Positions 1 through 9,064 of a DNA stretch of 36,090 nt are shown piece after piece. A model generated the notes under the pieces. It saw only the letters and a list, made by a program, of their open reading frames with translations, was not told the DNA's origin and ran no database searches. The first letter of the stretch is position 1, and each line of letters starts with the position of its first letter. A program made the translations under genes and the position numbers. The DNA lies in sequence record SRR31156797_208. One strand, given 5' to 3'.

Positions 1-313
1 CTCGTACGGAGGTTACCGCATTTAAAATGGCTTTCATGCCACTACCACAAATCATATTCAGAGTATAAGCGGGGGTCTTCGCAGGAATGCCAGCAAGTAT
101 AGCGGCTTGTCGACCGACACCCTGCCCTTGTCCTGCGCTTAACACGTTGCCTGCAATCACTTCATCAATATAGTCAGGCGCAATACCTGACTGTTCTAGA
201 GCCGCTTTTATGGCCCTTGTTCCTAGCTCGACAGCCGATAATGAAGATAAGGCGCCCATGAAAGAGCCAATAGCTGTGCGCTTAGCGGCAACAATATACA
301 CTTTGTTATTCAT
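1..313 (-). CDS. Acetyl-CoA C-acetyltransferase (thiolase), N-terminal part, truncated by the window edge
   Basis: Not in the ORF track; translated by hand from ATG at 313: MNNKVYIVAAKRTAIGSFMGALSSLSAVELG...DEVIAGNVLSAGQGQGVGRQAA...TLNMICGSGMKA, which has the thiolase RTAIG motif and the active-site Cys (N-x-x-C-G-S-G). GAGG RBS upstream. Confidence 0.95.
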   Translation of the reverse strand, partial: MNNKVYIVAAKRTAIGSFMGALSSLSAVELGTRAIKAALEQSGIAPDYIDEVIAGNVLSAGQGQGVGRQAAILAGIPAKTPAYTLNMICGSGMKAILNAVTSVR

Positions 314-328
314 AGTATTGTTCCTCAA

Positions 329-1063
329 TCAAAGCACCAAGCCGCCGTCGATTTTTAAAACTTGTCCGGTAATAAAACTGGATTTATCACTGGCCAGGAA
401 CTCAACACCATTGGCAATATCTTGTGTTGTTCCCATTCGTCCTAACGGTGTTTTCTCTTTCATCATATTGAGGACTTTTGTAGGTAAGTCAGCGGTCATC
501 GGCGTTTCGACGAACCCCGGAGCGACACAGTTTGACCTTACCTGTGCACCTTTACGCGCAAACTCTTTCGCCCAGCTTTTACTCATGGCAATAACGCCGC
601 CTTTGGTTGCCGCATAATTGCTTTGTCCGATATTGCCGTCAGTCCCCACAACAGAAGACATGGTGACGATTGAGCCGTAGTTGTTTTCAATCATTAACGG
701 AGCCACCGCTTGAGTAAGGTTAAATACGCCTTTTAGGTTTACATCGATGACCAAATCCCAATCTGCTTCACTCATCTTGTCAATTAATCCATCCCGAGTA
801 ACGCCTGCGTTATTCACCAACACATCTATTCTTCCAAACTGCGCCTGTATGCTGGCGACGAGTTCTGCAATCCCTCGTCGGTCACAGATATTGAGATTGA
901 CCGGAACGACGCGTTCCACATGAGAGTAAGCTTCCATTAGCGCTTGGTCGTTCATATCAATGGCGTACACCATTTCAGCACCCTGAGTATAAAAGCGCTC
1001 CACGACCGCTTTACCAATACCTTGTGCTGCACCAGTTACAATACATACCTTGTTTTGAAACAT
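329..1063 (-). CDS. Classical SDR, FabG/PhaB-like 3-oxoacyl-(ACP/CoA) reductase or 3-hydroxyacyl-CoA dehydrogenase
   Basis: TGAAQGIG, NNAG, catalytic Ser and YAATK; GQSNY typical of the FabG/PhaB group; Asp at the end of beta2 (AIDMN). Confidence 0.9.
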   Translation of the reverse strand: MFQNKVCIVTGAAQGIGKAVVERFYTQGAEMVYAIDMNDQALMEAYSHVERVVPVNLNICDRRGIAELVASIQAQFGRIDVLVNNAGVTRDGLIDKMSEADWDLVIDVNLKGVFNLTQAVAPLMIENNYGSIVTMSSVVGTDGNIGQSNYAATKGGVIAMSKSWAKEFARKGAQVRSNCVAPGFVETPMTADLPTKVLNMMKEKTPLGRMGTTQDIANGVEFLASDKSSFITGQVLKIDGGLVL

Positions 1064-1120
1064 ATTTGCTGACCTTTTATCTTTCTTATTGAAGTGTAGG
1101 GGTTATAGGACCTTCAGCGT

Positions 1121-2692
1121 TTAATCTGAGGCCAGATGTAATTTGAATTTGGATTGAAAAATGCGGCTGTCCATCAAGGTCAAGTCCGGACTGATGGAGG
1201 GCATAAACGCCATCTGGTTTAGAATGTCCCTTTCAATATCGATTCCTGGTGCTGTTTCTACCAACTCGATACCATCGCGGGTAAGACGAAACACTGCCCG
1301 CTCAGTAATGTACAGCACCGGTTTATTCGCTTTTAAAGCCTGATTAGCGCTGAAAGTAATTTGCTCAACATGAGAAATAAACTTGCTTTGCTTACCTTCA
1401 GTGATGATTTGGAGCTGCCCGCCTTCGACCTGAACATTTAACCCTTGCGCGGTGAAAGTGCCGCAAAAATACACTTGCTTTGCGTTCTGGGTAATGTTGA
1501 TAAATCCACCACAGCCAGCGATTTTAGTGCCAAAGCGGGAGACGTTGATGTCGCCTTTAGCATCACACTGTGCAAGACCAAGAAACGCTTGATCCACACC
1601 ACCACCATCATAAAAATCGAACATTTGATCTTGGCCAATGATGGCATCCGGGAATGCAGAAGCACCAAAATCCAGTCCACTAGCTGGTGAGCCACCCACG
1701 GCCCCCGGTTCTACCGTTAATGTGAATTTATCGAGAATGCCCGCTTGCTGAGCGACTTTGGCTATATATTCAGGCGCGCCAATACCGAGGTTCAGAATTG
1801 AGTTGGCTGTTAATTCTTGCGCCGCTCTGCGGGCGATAATGGTTTTCGCATCGATCAACGGTTCTTCACACAAATCAGAAGCGCTGTGTTTTGAAGCTTT
1901 GCTACCACGACCAATAAATTCAGGATTCATTTGAGTCGCAAAGGTCTGCATATGTTCACTAAGATCATCACAGACCACTATCGCATCAACAAATATGCCC
2001 GGAATCTTAACCAAATGCGGATCTAAGGTTCCTGCCGGTACCACTTGTTTAACCTGAACGATAACTTTGCCATTGTTGTTGGTCGCAGCTTGCGCCGCGG
2101 CTAAGCTTTCAACAATCAGGCACTCATCTTCCATGGTGATGTTGCCGTTTTCATCCGCTGTTGTACCGCGAAGAATCGCAACATCAATTGGAAGCTTTTT
2201 ATAAAACAGATACTCTTCACCATCGATTTCAGTTAAGCGAACCCAATCTTGTGAGGTTATAGAATTAAGCTTTCCGCCTTCAATGCGTGGATCTACGAAG
2301 GTGCCCAAGCCAACTTTGGTAAACAACCCCGGCTTTCCTGCGGCGCTATCGCGTAATAAATGAGAAATAACCCCCTGAGGCAAGTTGTAACCTTCAATCA
2401 GATTATCAACCACTAATTGCTGTAGTTTGGGAACCAGCCCCCAATGTCCACCTATGGCTCTTTTCACCAAACCTTGTTGCGCCAGATGGTTGACCGCTCG
2501 TGATTTACCGTCCCCTTGTCCAGCCGCAAAAACCAATGTGAGATCTTTAGGAAAGCCCGTATTCTCAAAACGTTCACCAATCGCACGCTCTATTGCCTCT
2601 GGCACTACGCTGCCAATAAATCCACCAAGCATGACTGATTGGCCATTTTCAATCCAATGCGCTGCTTGCTCTGCTGATAATTTCGTAACCAC
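1121..2692 (-). CDS. Family I acyl-CoA:acetate/3-ketoacid CoA-transferase (YdiF/Pct-like, fused alpha-beta)
   Basis: AAGQGD, GLGTFVDPR, NLGIG, catalytic E-x-G-x-x-G (EPGAVG), FDFYDGGG and GCGGFINI motifs; GTG start with AAGG upstream. Confidence 0.92.
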   Translation of the reverse strand: MVTKLSAEQAAHWIENGQSVMLGGFIGSVVPEAIERAIGERFENTGFPKDLTLVFAAGQGDGKSRAVNHLAQQGLVKRAIGGHWGLVPKLQQLVVDNLIEGYNLPQGVISHLLRDSAAGKPGLFTKVGLGTFVDPRIEGGKLNSITSQDWVRLTEIDGEEYLFYKKLPIDVAILRGTTADENGNITMEDECLIVESLAAAQAATNNNGKVIVQVKQVVPAGTLDPHLVKIPGIFVDAIVVCDDLSEHMQTFATQMNPEFIGRGSKASKHSASDLCEEPLIDAKTIIARRAAQELTANSILNLGIGAPEYIAKVAQQAGILDKFTLTVEPGAVGGSPASGLDFGASAFPDAIIGQDQMFDFYDGGGVDQAFLGLAQCDAKGDINVSRFGTKIAGCGGFINITQNAKQVYFCGTFTAQGLNVQVEGGQLQIITEGKQSKFISHVEQITFSANQALKANKPVLYITERAVFRLTRDGIELVETAPGIDIERDILNQMAFMPSISPDLTLMDSRIFQSKFKLHLASD

Positions 2693-2772
2693 AATTCACC
2701 TTCCTTGATTTGATGAATTTCAGGTTAGACGCAGAGGGTCAGTTTGATAATTGCACATACAGAGATTGTGAA

Positions 2773-2786
2773 TTTCAAATTTGAAA
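2773..2786. promoter_or_regulatory. Perfect 14-bp palindrome, candidate LysR binding site upstream of the CoA-transferase operon
   Basis: TTTCAAATTTGAAA contains T-N11-A and lies about 80 bp upstream of the GTG at 2692, directly after the LysR stop. Confidence 0.5.
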
Positions 2787-2789
2787 CAA

Positions 2790-3743
2790 TCATGCTTGGA
2801 CTCGCTTAGCTTCTTGCCGCATCGTCTCAACACGTTCAAGCAGATACTGTTTAAAGCGGTTGCAACGCTCCGGCATGGGTGAACGCGGACGGTACAAAAG
2901 ATCAATATCGAAACTTGCACAGCGGTAATCCGACATAATCTGTATCAGGTCGCCATTTTCGATATACCTATGCACCAATGAATGAGGAAGATAGGCTATC
3001 CCGGCGTGCTCCATTGCAAAATCGAGCAGCATTTCACTGTTGTCACACTCTAAGGTGTCCTGAATTGTGACGAATTCCTGCTTGCCATGAAGTTCAAAGC
3101 TCCACCGATTCCCGCCCAATAAAGTCCGCGCATATAAGCAGCGATGCTGGGTTAAAACCTCCGGCGTTTCTGGTTCACCGTGCTCTTGCAAATAGGATGT
3201 CGAAGCACAGAGATATAATGGTTCGGTGAGAACCCGTTTACGTACCAAAAGAGAGTCGGGGGAAATATCGCCGTCATAATTGGCCGTTGCCCGAAAGGCG
3301 AAATCCATATTCAGCGGATCAAAATCTCCCGCTTCAATAAAAATCCTAAAGTGCACCTGAGGGTGCATTTCCATGTACTCTGCAACGATTTTGGTCAGAT
3401 ACTGACGAGCAAACAACGGAGTTGAAGAGATTTTAATTTCGCCCTGCTGCTCGGCTGCAAGATTCTGCACTTCTTCGCACAGATTATTGATATCGGGTAG
3501 AAGTGGCGCAAACCGCTCATACAGTAATTGCCCCGCCTGAGTGGCCACCAGCTGACGGGTACTGCGTTTTATCAGCTCAACTGACATGGCATCTTCCAGC
3601 TCTTTTACCCAGCGACTTCCCGCAGCTGGTGAAAGGCCTTGCTGCTGAGCTGCTTCACGGAACGATCCCGTTCTGATGACCGCGCAGAAAAACACGATTT
3701 TATCCAAAATAGGCTGACGACTGGAGAGTAATTTACCCGTCAT
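2790..3743 (-). CDS. LysR-family transcriptional regulator (CrgA-like)
   Basis: N-terminal HTH (GSFREAAQQQGLSPAAGSRWVKELEDAMSVELIKRSTR); C-terminal ASTSYL, HRCL and GIAYLP motifs; TAATG overlap with the upstream gene. Confidence 0.93.
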   Translation of the reverse strand: MTGKLLSSRQPILDKIVFFCAVIRTGSFREAAQQQGLSPAAGSRWVKELEDAMSVELIKRSTRQLVATQAGQLLYERFAPLLPDINNLCEEVQNLAAEQQGEIKISSTPLFARQYLTKIVAEYMEMHPQVHFRIFIEAGDFDPLNMDFAFRATANYDGDISPDSLLVRKRVLTEPLYLCASTSYLQEHGEPETPEVLTQHRCLYARTLLGGNRWSFELHGKQEFVTIQDTLECDNSEMLLDFAMEHAGIAYLPHSLVHRYIENGDLIQIMSDYRCASFDIDLLYRPRSPMPERCNRFKQYLLERVETMRQEAKRVQA

Positions 3744-4372
3744 TAGCTCACCAGCCCTTTATCTAACGCCAGCTTAACCAGCGCAGCGGTAGACGTCGCG
3801 CCAAGCTTTTTCTTAATTCTAAGCCGATGAGTTTCGACGGTTCTTACACTGATGTGTAAGGTATCAGCGATATCTTTATTACCAGCGCCATTAACAATTA
3901 ATTTAAGAACGTCGGATTCTCTTTTGGAGAGATCATCGTCTTTCGGCTCCGGCTTATCGTTGATTTGTTCCAACAGCCTATCCGATGCCTGAGGGCATAA
4001 ATACGAACGTCCTTGAGCAACCTGATTAATCGCCATCACCAGCTCTTCTGAACCGACATCTTTCAACACGTACCCTTTCGCACCGGCTTTCACCGAACGA
4101 ACAACGTAGTCTTTACTATCGTGCATCGATAACATGATGACTGCTGTTTCCGATTTAGACTGTGACAGTTTTTCTAACATCTCAATACCGTTCATATTGG
4201 GCATGTTGATATCCAGAAGTAACACATCTGGTTTTAGAGTTAGCGTCGCTTTTAACGCATCTGCGCCTGTACCAACGCAAGACAAAATCTCAAGGTTGTC
4301 TTCCCTTTCTAAGCGTGACTTTAAACCGTCCTGCATCAAACGATGATCATCAGCCAGTACCAACTTAATCAT
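3743..4372 (-). CDS. NarL/LuxR-family two-component response regulator
   Basis: Receiver LADDH, LLDINMP (phospho-Asp), GYVLK; LuxR HTH LSKRE...NKDIADTLHISVRTVETHR. Confidence 0.95.
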   Translation of the reverse strand: MIKLVLADDHRLMQDGLKSRLEREDNLEILSCVGTGADALKATLTLKPDVLLLDINMPNMNGIEMLEKLSQSKSETAVIMLSMHDSKDYVVRSVKAGAKGYVLKDVGSEELVMAINQVAQGRSYLCPQASDRLLEQINDKPEPKDDDLSKRESDVLKLIVNGAGNKDIADTLHISVRTVETHRLRIKKKLGATSTAALVKLALDKGLVS

Positions 4373-5754
4373 ACAAACTCCATATTTAAGCTGACACGAA
4401 TCTCTGTGCCTTCTCCGGGAATACTCGATACGCCAAATGTTCCACCAATTGCATGAATACGATCCTTCATATTCTGTAACCCCATATGTTCTAAATTAGG
4501 TTTATTTCGTTTTCCGGGTTTAGTGATGGTGGGTGCGATACCAATGCCATCATCACTTACGGTTAAAATCAGAAGCTGACCTTCTCGTTGCATAATGATG
4601 TCCACACCTTGTGCCTGTGCATGTTTTTCAACGTTGTGCACGGCTTCCTGAATGACGCGATACAAGGTTGTTTCGACCTCTGGAATCATTTCTACTCCGT
4701 CAATGTCATGCTCAAACACCAGCTCTAAATCGGTACGCTGACGCATTTCATTGATATAGGCTTCGATACCTGCGGCTAAGCCCAAATCATCTAACTGTGG
4801 TGGCCTTAAATCTCGAGATATACGCCTAACCTCGACAATGGCTTGCTCCATAACTCGTTTACTGTCTTCAAGCTCTCTAAGTTGCTTTTCCTGATCGAGT
4901 TCCTTACCGACGTTATCTAGACGATATTTCGCTGCGACCAAAAGTTGGTTTACGCCATCATGCAATTCTCTTGAGACTCGTTGCCGCTCGTTTTCCTGTG
5001 AATCGATAATTTGCTGATTCAAAACACTGAGCTGCTCGTTCGCCAAACGCCTTAAATTGAGATTGAGTGAAGCGCCCAAAACCGCGATGACTGAAATAGA
5101 AATCAGCATGACAAAAAACAGAGCACTGCTGGTTCGGCCTACATTCTGGTCATAGCCGTTTTGCATATGGGAAACCTGACGTTCAATATCATCCAGATAA
5201 ACACCGGTTCCCACCATCCATTGCCACTTATCCAGTGAAATGGCATAACTTAACTTAGGCAGCGGCTCTTTGGTCGAAGGTTTATGCCACAGATAATCGA
5301 CAAAACCTCCTCCCTCACGCCCAACTCGAATCAGTTCCTGTAATAGCTTTTTGCCCTTAACATCTTCCACTTCCCACCAGTTCACACCGATACGCTCCGG
5401 TTGATATGGCAGGACAATCGCGTCACCCTTCCAGTTATAAACAAAGAAGTATCCATCAACGCCATATGTTAACTGGCTCAATTTTTCGGCAACAATTTGC
5501 TTAGCATGCTCTTCCGATAATGACTCATCGGCGTAGTACGGAGTGATGCTTTTCACTGCCATTTCTACGTACTGCATCAATTCTTGTTTTTTGGCTGAAA
5601 GAATATTATTTCTGGTTAACTGAACCTGATCTTCAACTAATTGTTTTGCCTGACTAAATAGAATCGCTGCAACAATCGCAACCACAATGATCAAAGGAAC
5701 AATAGATAGCAAAATGATGTTAACCGTCAGCTTTCTATTCCTTACAAAGCCCAT
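4369..5754 (-). CDS. Cache-domain sensor histidine kinase (HisKA_3 type, MctS-like)
   Basis: TM - single Cache domain (YGVDGYFFVY, YLWHKP, WQWMVGTGVY) - TM; H-box ERQRVSRELHDGVNQ; QEAVHNVEKHA, DDGIG, GEGT. Start placed at ATG 5754 (ORF track extends to 5766). ATGA overlap with the regulator. Confidence 0.93.
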   Translation of the reverse strand: MGFVRNRKLTVNIILLSIVPLIIVVAIVAAILFSQAKQLVEDQVQLTRNNILSAKKQELMQYVEMAVKSITPYYADESLSEEHAKQIVAEKLSQLTYGVDGYFFVYNWKGDAIVLPYQPERIGVNWWEVEDVKGKKLLQELIRVGREGGGFVDYLWHKPSTKEPLPKLSYAISLDKWQWMVGTGVYLDDIERQVSHMQNGYDQNVGRTSSALFFVMLISISVIAVLGASLNLNLRRLANEQLSVLNQQIIDSQENERQRVSRELHDGVNQLLVAAKYRLDNVGKELDQEKQLRELEDSKRVMEQAIVEVRRISRDLRPPQLDDLGLAAGIEAYINEMRQRTDLELVFEHDIDGVEMIPEVETTLYRVIQEAVHNVEKHAQAQGVDIIMQREGQLLILTVSDDGIGIAPTITKPGKRNKPNLEHMGLQNMKDRIHAIGGTFGVSSIPGEGTEIRVSLNMEFV

Positions 5755-5772
5755 AAACACATCCAATTCTTA

Positions 5773-5788
5773 TACGTAGTTCTACTTA
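5773..5788. promoter_or_regulatory. 7-2-7 inverted repeat, candidate site for the NarL-family regulator
   Basis: TACGTAG-TT-CTACTTA (one mismatch from perfect); an additional CTAC half-site at 5814, 32 bp downstream. Confidence 0.5.
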
Positions 5789-5965
5789 CTGCTTCGTTTT
5801 AAAACTGCCCAAACTACTGACTCAATTTGCGCAATTTCACCAATAGAGCGTTATGAATCTGCTGCTTATACTCAAGCTCAAATGTAACATTAAATTAACA
5901 TTGTTTAATACGAAATGTTCACATTTATACGCTTGGTAACAAATTAGTCAAACAAGGATAAAGTT

Positions 5966-7036
5966 ATGAATGTAAAAAACGCTGCCATTGCATCTGCCAT
6001 TGCACTCGCGTCAGTTGGACTTTCACTAAATGCGCATGCGGAAGATAAAAAGGTACTGCTAAAAACCCCTATCGCCTTCGGTAGCCACTTGCCTGCTTTA
6101 GGTACACCGATTCAATGGTACGCCGACCACATTACGCAAACGTCTGGCGGCACAATTAAAATGAAGATCTATGAGCCGGGCAAGCTGGTTAATCCAGCTG
6201 AAATTTTAGATGCGGTATCAACCGGTAAAGTGAACTCTGGTTATTCAACGGCGGGCTACTGGCAAGGTAAGCTTCCGGCTTCTGCACTTTTCTCTGCGGT
6301 TCCCTTTGGCCCTGAAGCGGGTGAATACATGGCGTGGCTCTACTTCGGTAATGGATTAAAGCTGTATCAGGAAATGTATGATCAGGGCGGTTACAACGTA
6401 AAAGTTCTGCCATGTGCGATCATTTCACCGGAAACATCAGGCTGGTTTAAGCGTCCTATCGACAAACCAGAAGATCTAAAAGGTCTGAATATGCGCTTCT
6501 TCGGTCTCGGTGCTTCTGTCATGGAAAAGCTCGGTGTAGGTACGGTTCAGATCCCGGGCGGCGAAATTTTTGGTGCGCTTGAAAAAGGCGCTATCGACGC
6601 GTCTGAGTTTTCACAACCGGCGATCGATGAACGCTTAGGCTTCCACAAGGTAGCGAAATACAACTACTTCCCTGGCTGGCACCAGCAATCCACCGTCTTT
6701 GAGTTACTGATCAACAAGGATACGTGGAACGACATGAGCAAGACACAGCACGATGCTGTTGAAACAACCTGTATGGCGTCAATGACTTACTCCATTGCAG
6801 AAGGTGAAGCAATGCAGTTCACAGCAATGGAAAAAGCAAAACAGAACGGTGTGGAAATTCGCTACTGGAACAAAGAAATGTTGGATCTATTCAAAACGAC
6901 CTGGCTGGAAGTGGTGGAAGAGAAAAAATCGGAAGACCCATTCTTTAACAAAGTATGGAAGGACTTAAGCCAGTTCCGCAAGGGGTATGCTCTGTGGCAA
7001 GCAAATGGCTTCCTGCCTAGAGAATCAATACAGTAA
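5966..7036 (+). CDS. dctP: TRAP transporter substrate-binding protein (keto-acid/lactate, TakP-like subgroup)
   Basis: Signal peptide ending AHA; AVPFG, SGWFKRPI, conserved Arg in GLNMRFFG, LEKGAIDASEF, YFPGWHQ; AAGGA RBS. Confidence 0.92.
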   Translation: MNVKNAAIASAIALASVGLSLNAHAEDKKVLLKTPIAFGSHLPALGTPIQWYADHITQTSGGTIKMKIYEPGKLVNPAEILDAVSTGKVNSGYSTAGYWQGKLPASALFSAVPFGPEAGEYMAWLYFGNGLKLYQEMYDQGGYNVKVLPCAIISPETSGWFKRPIDKPEDLKGLNMRFFGLGASVMEKLGVGTVQIPGGEIFGALEKGAIDASEFSQPAIDERLGFHKVAKYNYFPGWHQQSTVFELLINKDTWNDMSKTQHDAVETTCMASMTYSIAEGEAMQFTAMEKAKQNGVEIRYWNKEMLDLFKTTWLEVVEEKKSEDPFFNKVWKDLSQFRKGYALWQANGFLPRESIQ

Positions 7037-7054
7037 TCATCACATAAACCGGAA

Positions 7055-7087
7055 TCTGGGGCCGGATTGTTTCTGGCCCTAATCAGA
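7055..7087 (+). other. GC-rich intercistronic stem-loop after dctP (probable mRNA-stabilising hairpin)
   Basis: GGGGCCGGA-TTGTT-TCTGGCCCT pairs with G-U wobbles; no U-tract follows. Confidence 0.5.
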
Positions 7088-7100
7088 CAAGGAGAAAGCG

Positions 7101-7643
7101 ATGAGTAAAGTATTATGCTCTGCCCCACCGATTCCCATTTATTATCATATTGAAAAAGCCATTACTAATGTCAGCAAAATTCTCGCCTGGACTAACCTAG
7201 CCTTGATAGGAATCATCGTTCTTCAGGTGGTGTTACGCAAAGTTTTTTCCAATGGTCAAATTGCATTAGAAGAGTTGCAATGGCACTTGTACGCCACCGC
7301 CGTGATGTTTGGCACGGCTTATGCGCAGACCACCAATATGCATGTGCGTGTTGACCTCTTCTATCACAAATTTTCAGAACGTAAAAAAGCCATAACTGAT
7401 TTATGCGGATTGTTGTTTCTTGCGATTCCATTTGTCGTCGTGGTGATCGTTCACGCTTACGATTTTACCTATGAATCATGGCGGGTAAACGAAAGCTCTG
7501 CATCGCCTTCAGGTCTGCCGTATCGCTGGCTGATTAAGAGTGTGATACCAATTAGCTTCTCACTATTACTGCTCTCTATGCTGGCCAAAATTCTTCGTAC
7601 AGTTGAAACAATTTTTAAAGGAAACGTCAATGGAACCGAATGA
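7101..7643 (+). CDS. dctQ: TRAP transporter small permease
   Basis: Four hydrophobic segments; ELQWHLY, HVRVD, GLPYRW motifs; GGAG RBS. Confidence 0.92.
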   Translation: MSKVLCSAPPIPIYYHIEKAITNVSKILAWTNLALIGIIVLQVVLRKVFSNGQIALEELQWHLYATAVMFGTAYAQTTNMHVRVDLFYHKFSERKKAITDLCGLLFLAIPFVVVVIVHAYDFTYESWRVNESSASPSGLPYRWLIKSVIPISFSLLLLSMLAKILRTVETIFKGNVNGTE

Positions 7644-9015
7644 GTGGATTGTAATTGCGATGTTTGGCTCATTTATCCTGCTACTGTTTACCGGGATTCC
7701 TGTAGCCTACGTGCTCGGCGGTATTGGGGTGTTTTTTGCCGGTGTGGGTTATCTGGCCGATGTCTATCTTGATACCTTTACTGGCTTAAATTTTACCAGC
7801 CTCGGCTTGGTGGTTAACCGCATCTATAAAATCATGGATAACTGGATTCTTGTTGCCTTGCCGATGTTTATTTTCATGGGGAATATGCTCGATAAATCCG
7901 GTATTGCTGAAAAGTTGATGTCTTCAATGCAGGCTTTGTTTGGTAAGGTTCATGGTGGCTTGGCGGTGACGGTTATGGCGATCGGTATCATTCTTGCCGC
8001 ATCAACCGGTATCATCGGCGCTTCGGTCGTGTTGCTGGCAGTAATGTCACTCCCAACCATGATGCGTCAGGGGTACCACTTACCTTTAGCTTTGGGGACT
8101 GTCGCTTCAGCTGGAACTTTAGGTATCTTGTTACCACCGTCAATCATGCTGGTTATCATGGCAGATCAGCTTGGTCTATCCGTTGGTGACCTGTTTATGG
8201 GCGCAATCATTCCGGGGCTTTTACTTGGCCTGTTTTACATTATGTATATCCTGCTGGTTGGCAAAATGAACCCGGTAAAAGCACCCATTCCAGAAGATAT
8301 TCAGCCAGTAGAATGGCGTCTCATTCTTCAGGTATTCAAAGATATTACACCTACCGTAGTCCTTATCTTTGTGGTACTGGGATCTATCTTTGCTGGTATT
8401 GCAACACCGACCGAGGCTTCAGGAATCGGTGCTTTAGGCGCAACACTACTCGCGGCCTACAACAGAAAACTGAACATGAAAGTGATTAAAGAAGTGATGC
8501 TCGCTTCGTACGGCACAACGGCATACATTTTCATGATATTCCTAGGGGCTTCATGTTTTGCTCTGGTATTGCGCGAACTCGGTGGTGATGAACTGATTGA
8601 AAGTTTTTTAAGTGGTTTACCATTTGGACCATACGGCATCATTGCCTTTATCCTGATGATTGTTTTCTTCCTGGGATTCTTCCTCGATTGGATAGAAATT
8701 ACGCTGATTGCCCTGCCGTTACTTGCGCCAGTAATCAGTAGTTTAGGTATCGAACTGGATGGCCACGGCGTAGTGGATAATCCGTCATTAGTGTGGTTTG
8801 TGATGTTAGTGGCGATGGCGCTTCAAACAAGCTTCTTAACTCCACCCGTTGGGTTTGCACTGTTCTATTTAAAAGGTGTTTGTCCTGAAGGTGTTAGCTT
8901 AAAAGACATTTATCGCGGTGTTATTCCTTTCATCATCATTCAGCTTGTCGCACTAGTGTGCCTAGTTGCTTGGCCACAACTGGTATTGTGGTTTCCAAGT
9001 GTGGCGTATGGTTAA
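7630..9015 (+). CDS. dctM: TRAP transporter large permease
   Basis: ALPMFIFMG, GTLGILLPPS, GIATPTEA, GFFLDWIEI, SFLTPPVG; start placed at ATG 7630 after AAGGA. Confidence 0.93.
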   Translation: MEPNEWIVIAMFGSFILLLFTGIPVAYVLGGIGVFFAGVGYLADVYLDTFTGLNFTSLGLVVNRIYKIMDNWILVALPMFIFMGNMLDKSGIAEKLMSSMQALFGKVHGGLAVTVMAIGIILAASTGIIGASVVLLAVMSLPTMMRQGYHLPLALGTVASAGTLGILLPPSIMLVIMADQLGLSVGDLFMGAIIPGLLLGLFYIMYILLVGKMNPVKAPIPEDIQPVEWRLILQVFKDITPTVVLIFVVLGSIFAGIATPTEASGIGALGATLLAAYNRKLNMKVIKEVMLASYGTTAYIFMIFLGASCFALVLRELGGDELIESFLSGLPFGPYGIIAFILMIVFFLGFFLDWIEITLIALPLLAPVISSLGIELDGHGVVDNPSLVWFVMLVAMALQTSFLTPPVGFALFYLKGVCPEGVSLKDIYRGVIPFIIIQLVALVCLVAWPQLVLWFPSVAYG

Positions 9016-9020
9016 CAACA

Positions 9021-9046
9021 AAAAGCCAGCGTTTACACGCTGGCTT
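9021..9046. terminator. Intrinsic terminator between convergent dctM and MCP
   Basis: AAGCCAGCGT-TTAC-ACGCTGGCTT with an A-tract on the left (U-tract for the minus-strand MCP transcript). Confidence 0.8.
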
Positions 9047-9064
9047 ATGCCTCTTTAATCTGAG

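Noticed and set aside
210-617. 135-aa plus-strand ORF
   Set aside because: Antisense shadow of the SDR and thiolase genes; no family motif.
2720-2920. 66-aa minus-strand ORF
   Set aside because: Out-of-frame overlap with the LysR 3' end and the regulatory spacer; no RBS or motif.
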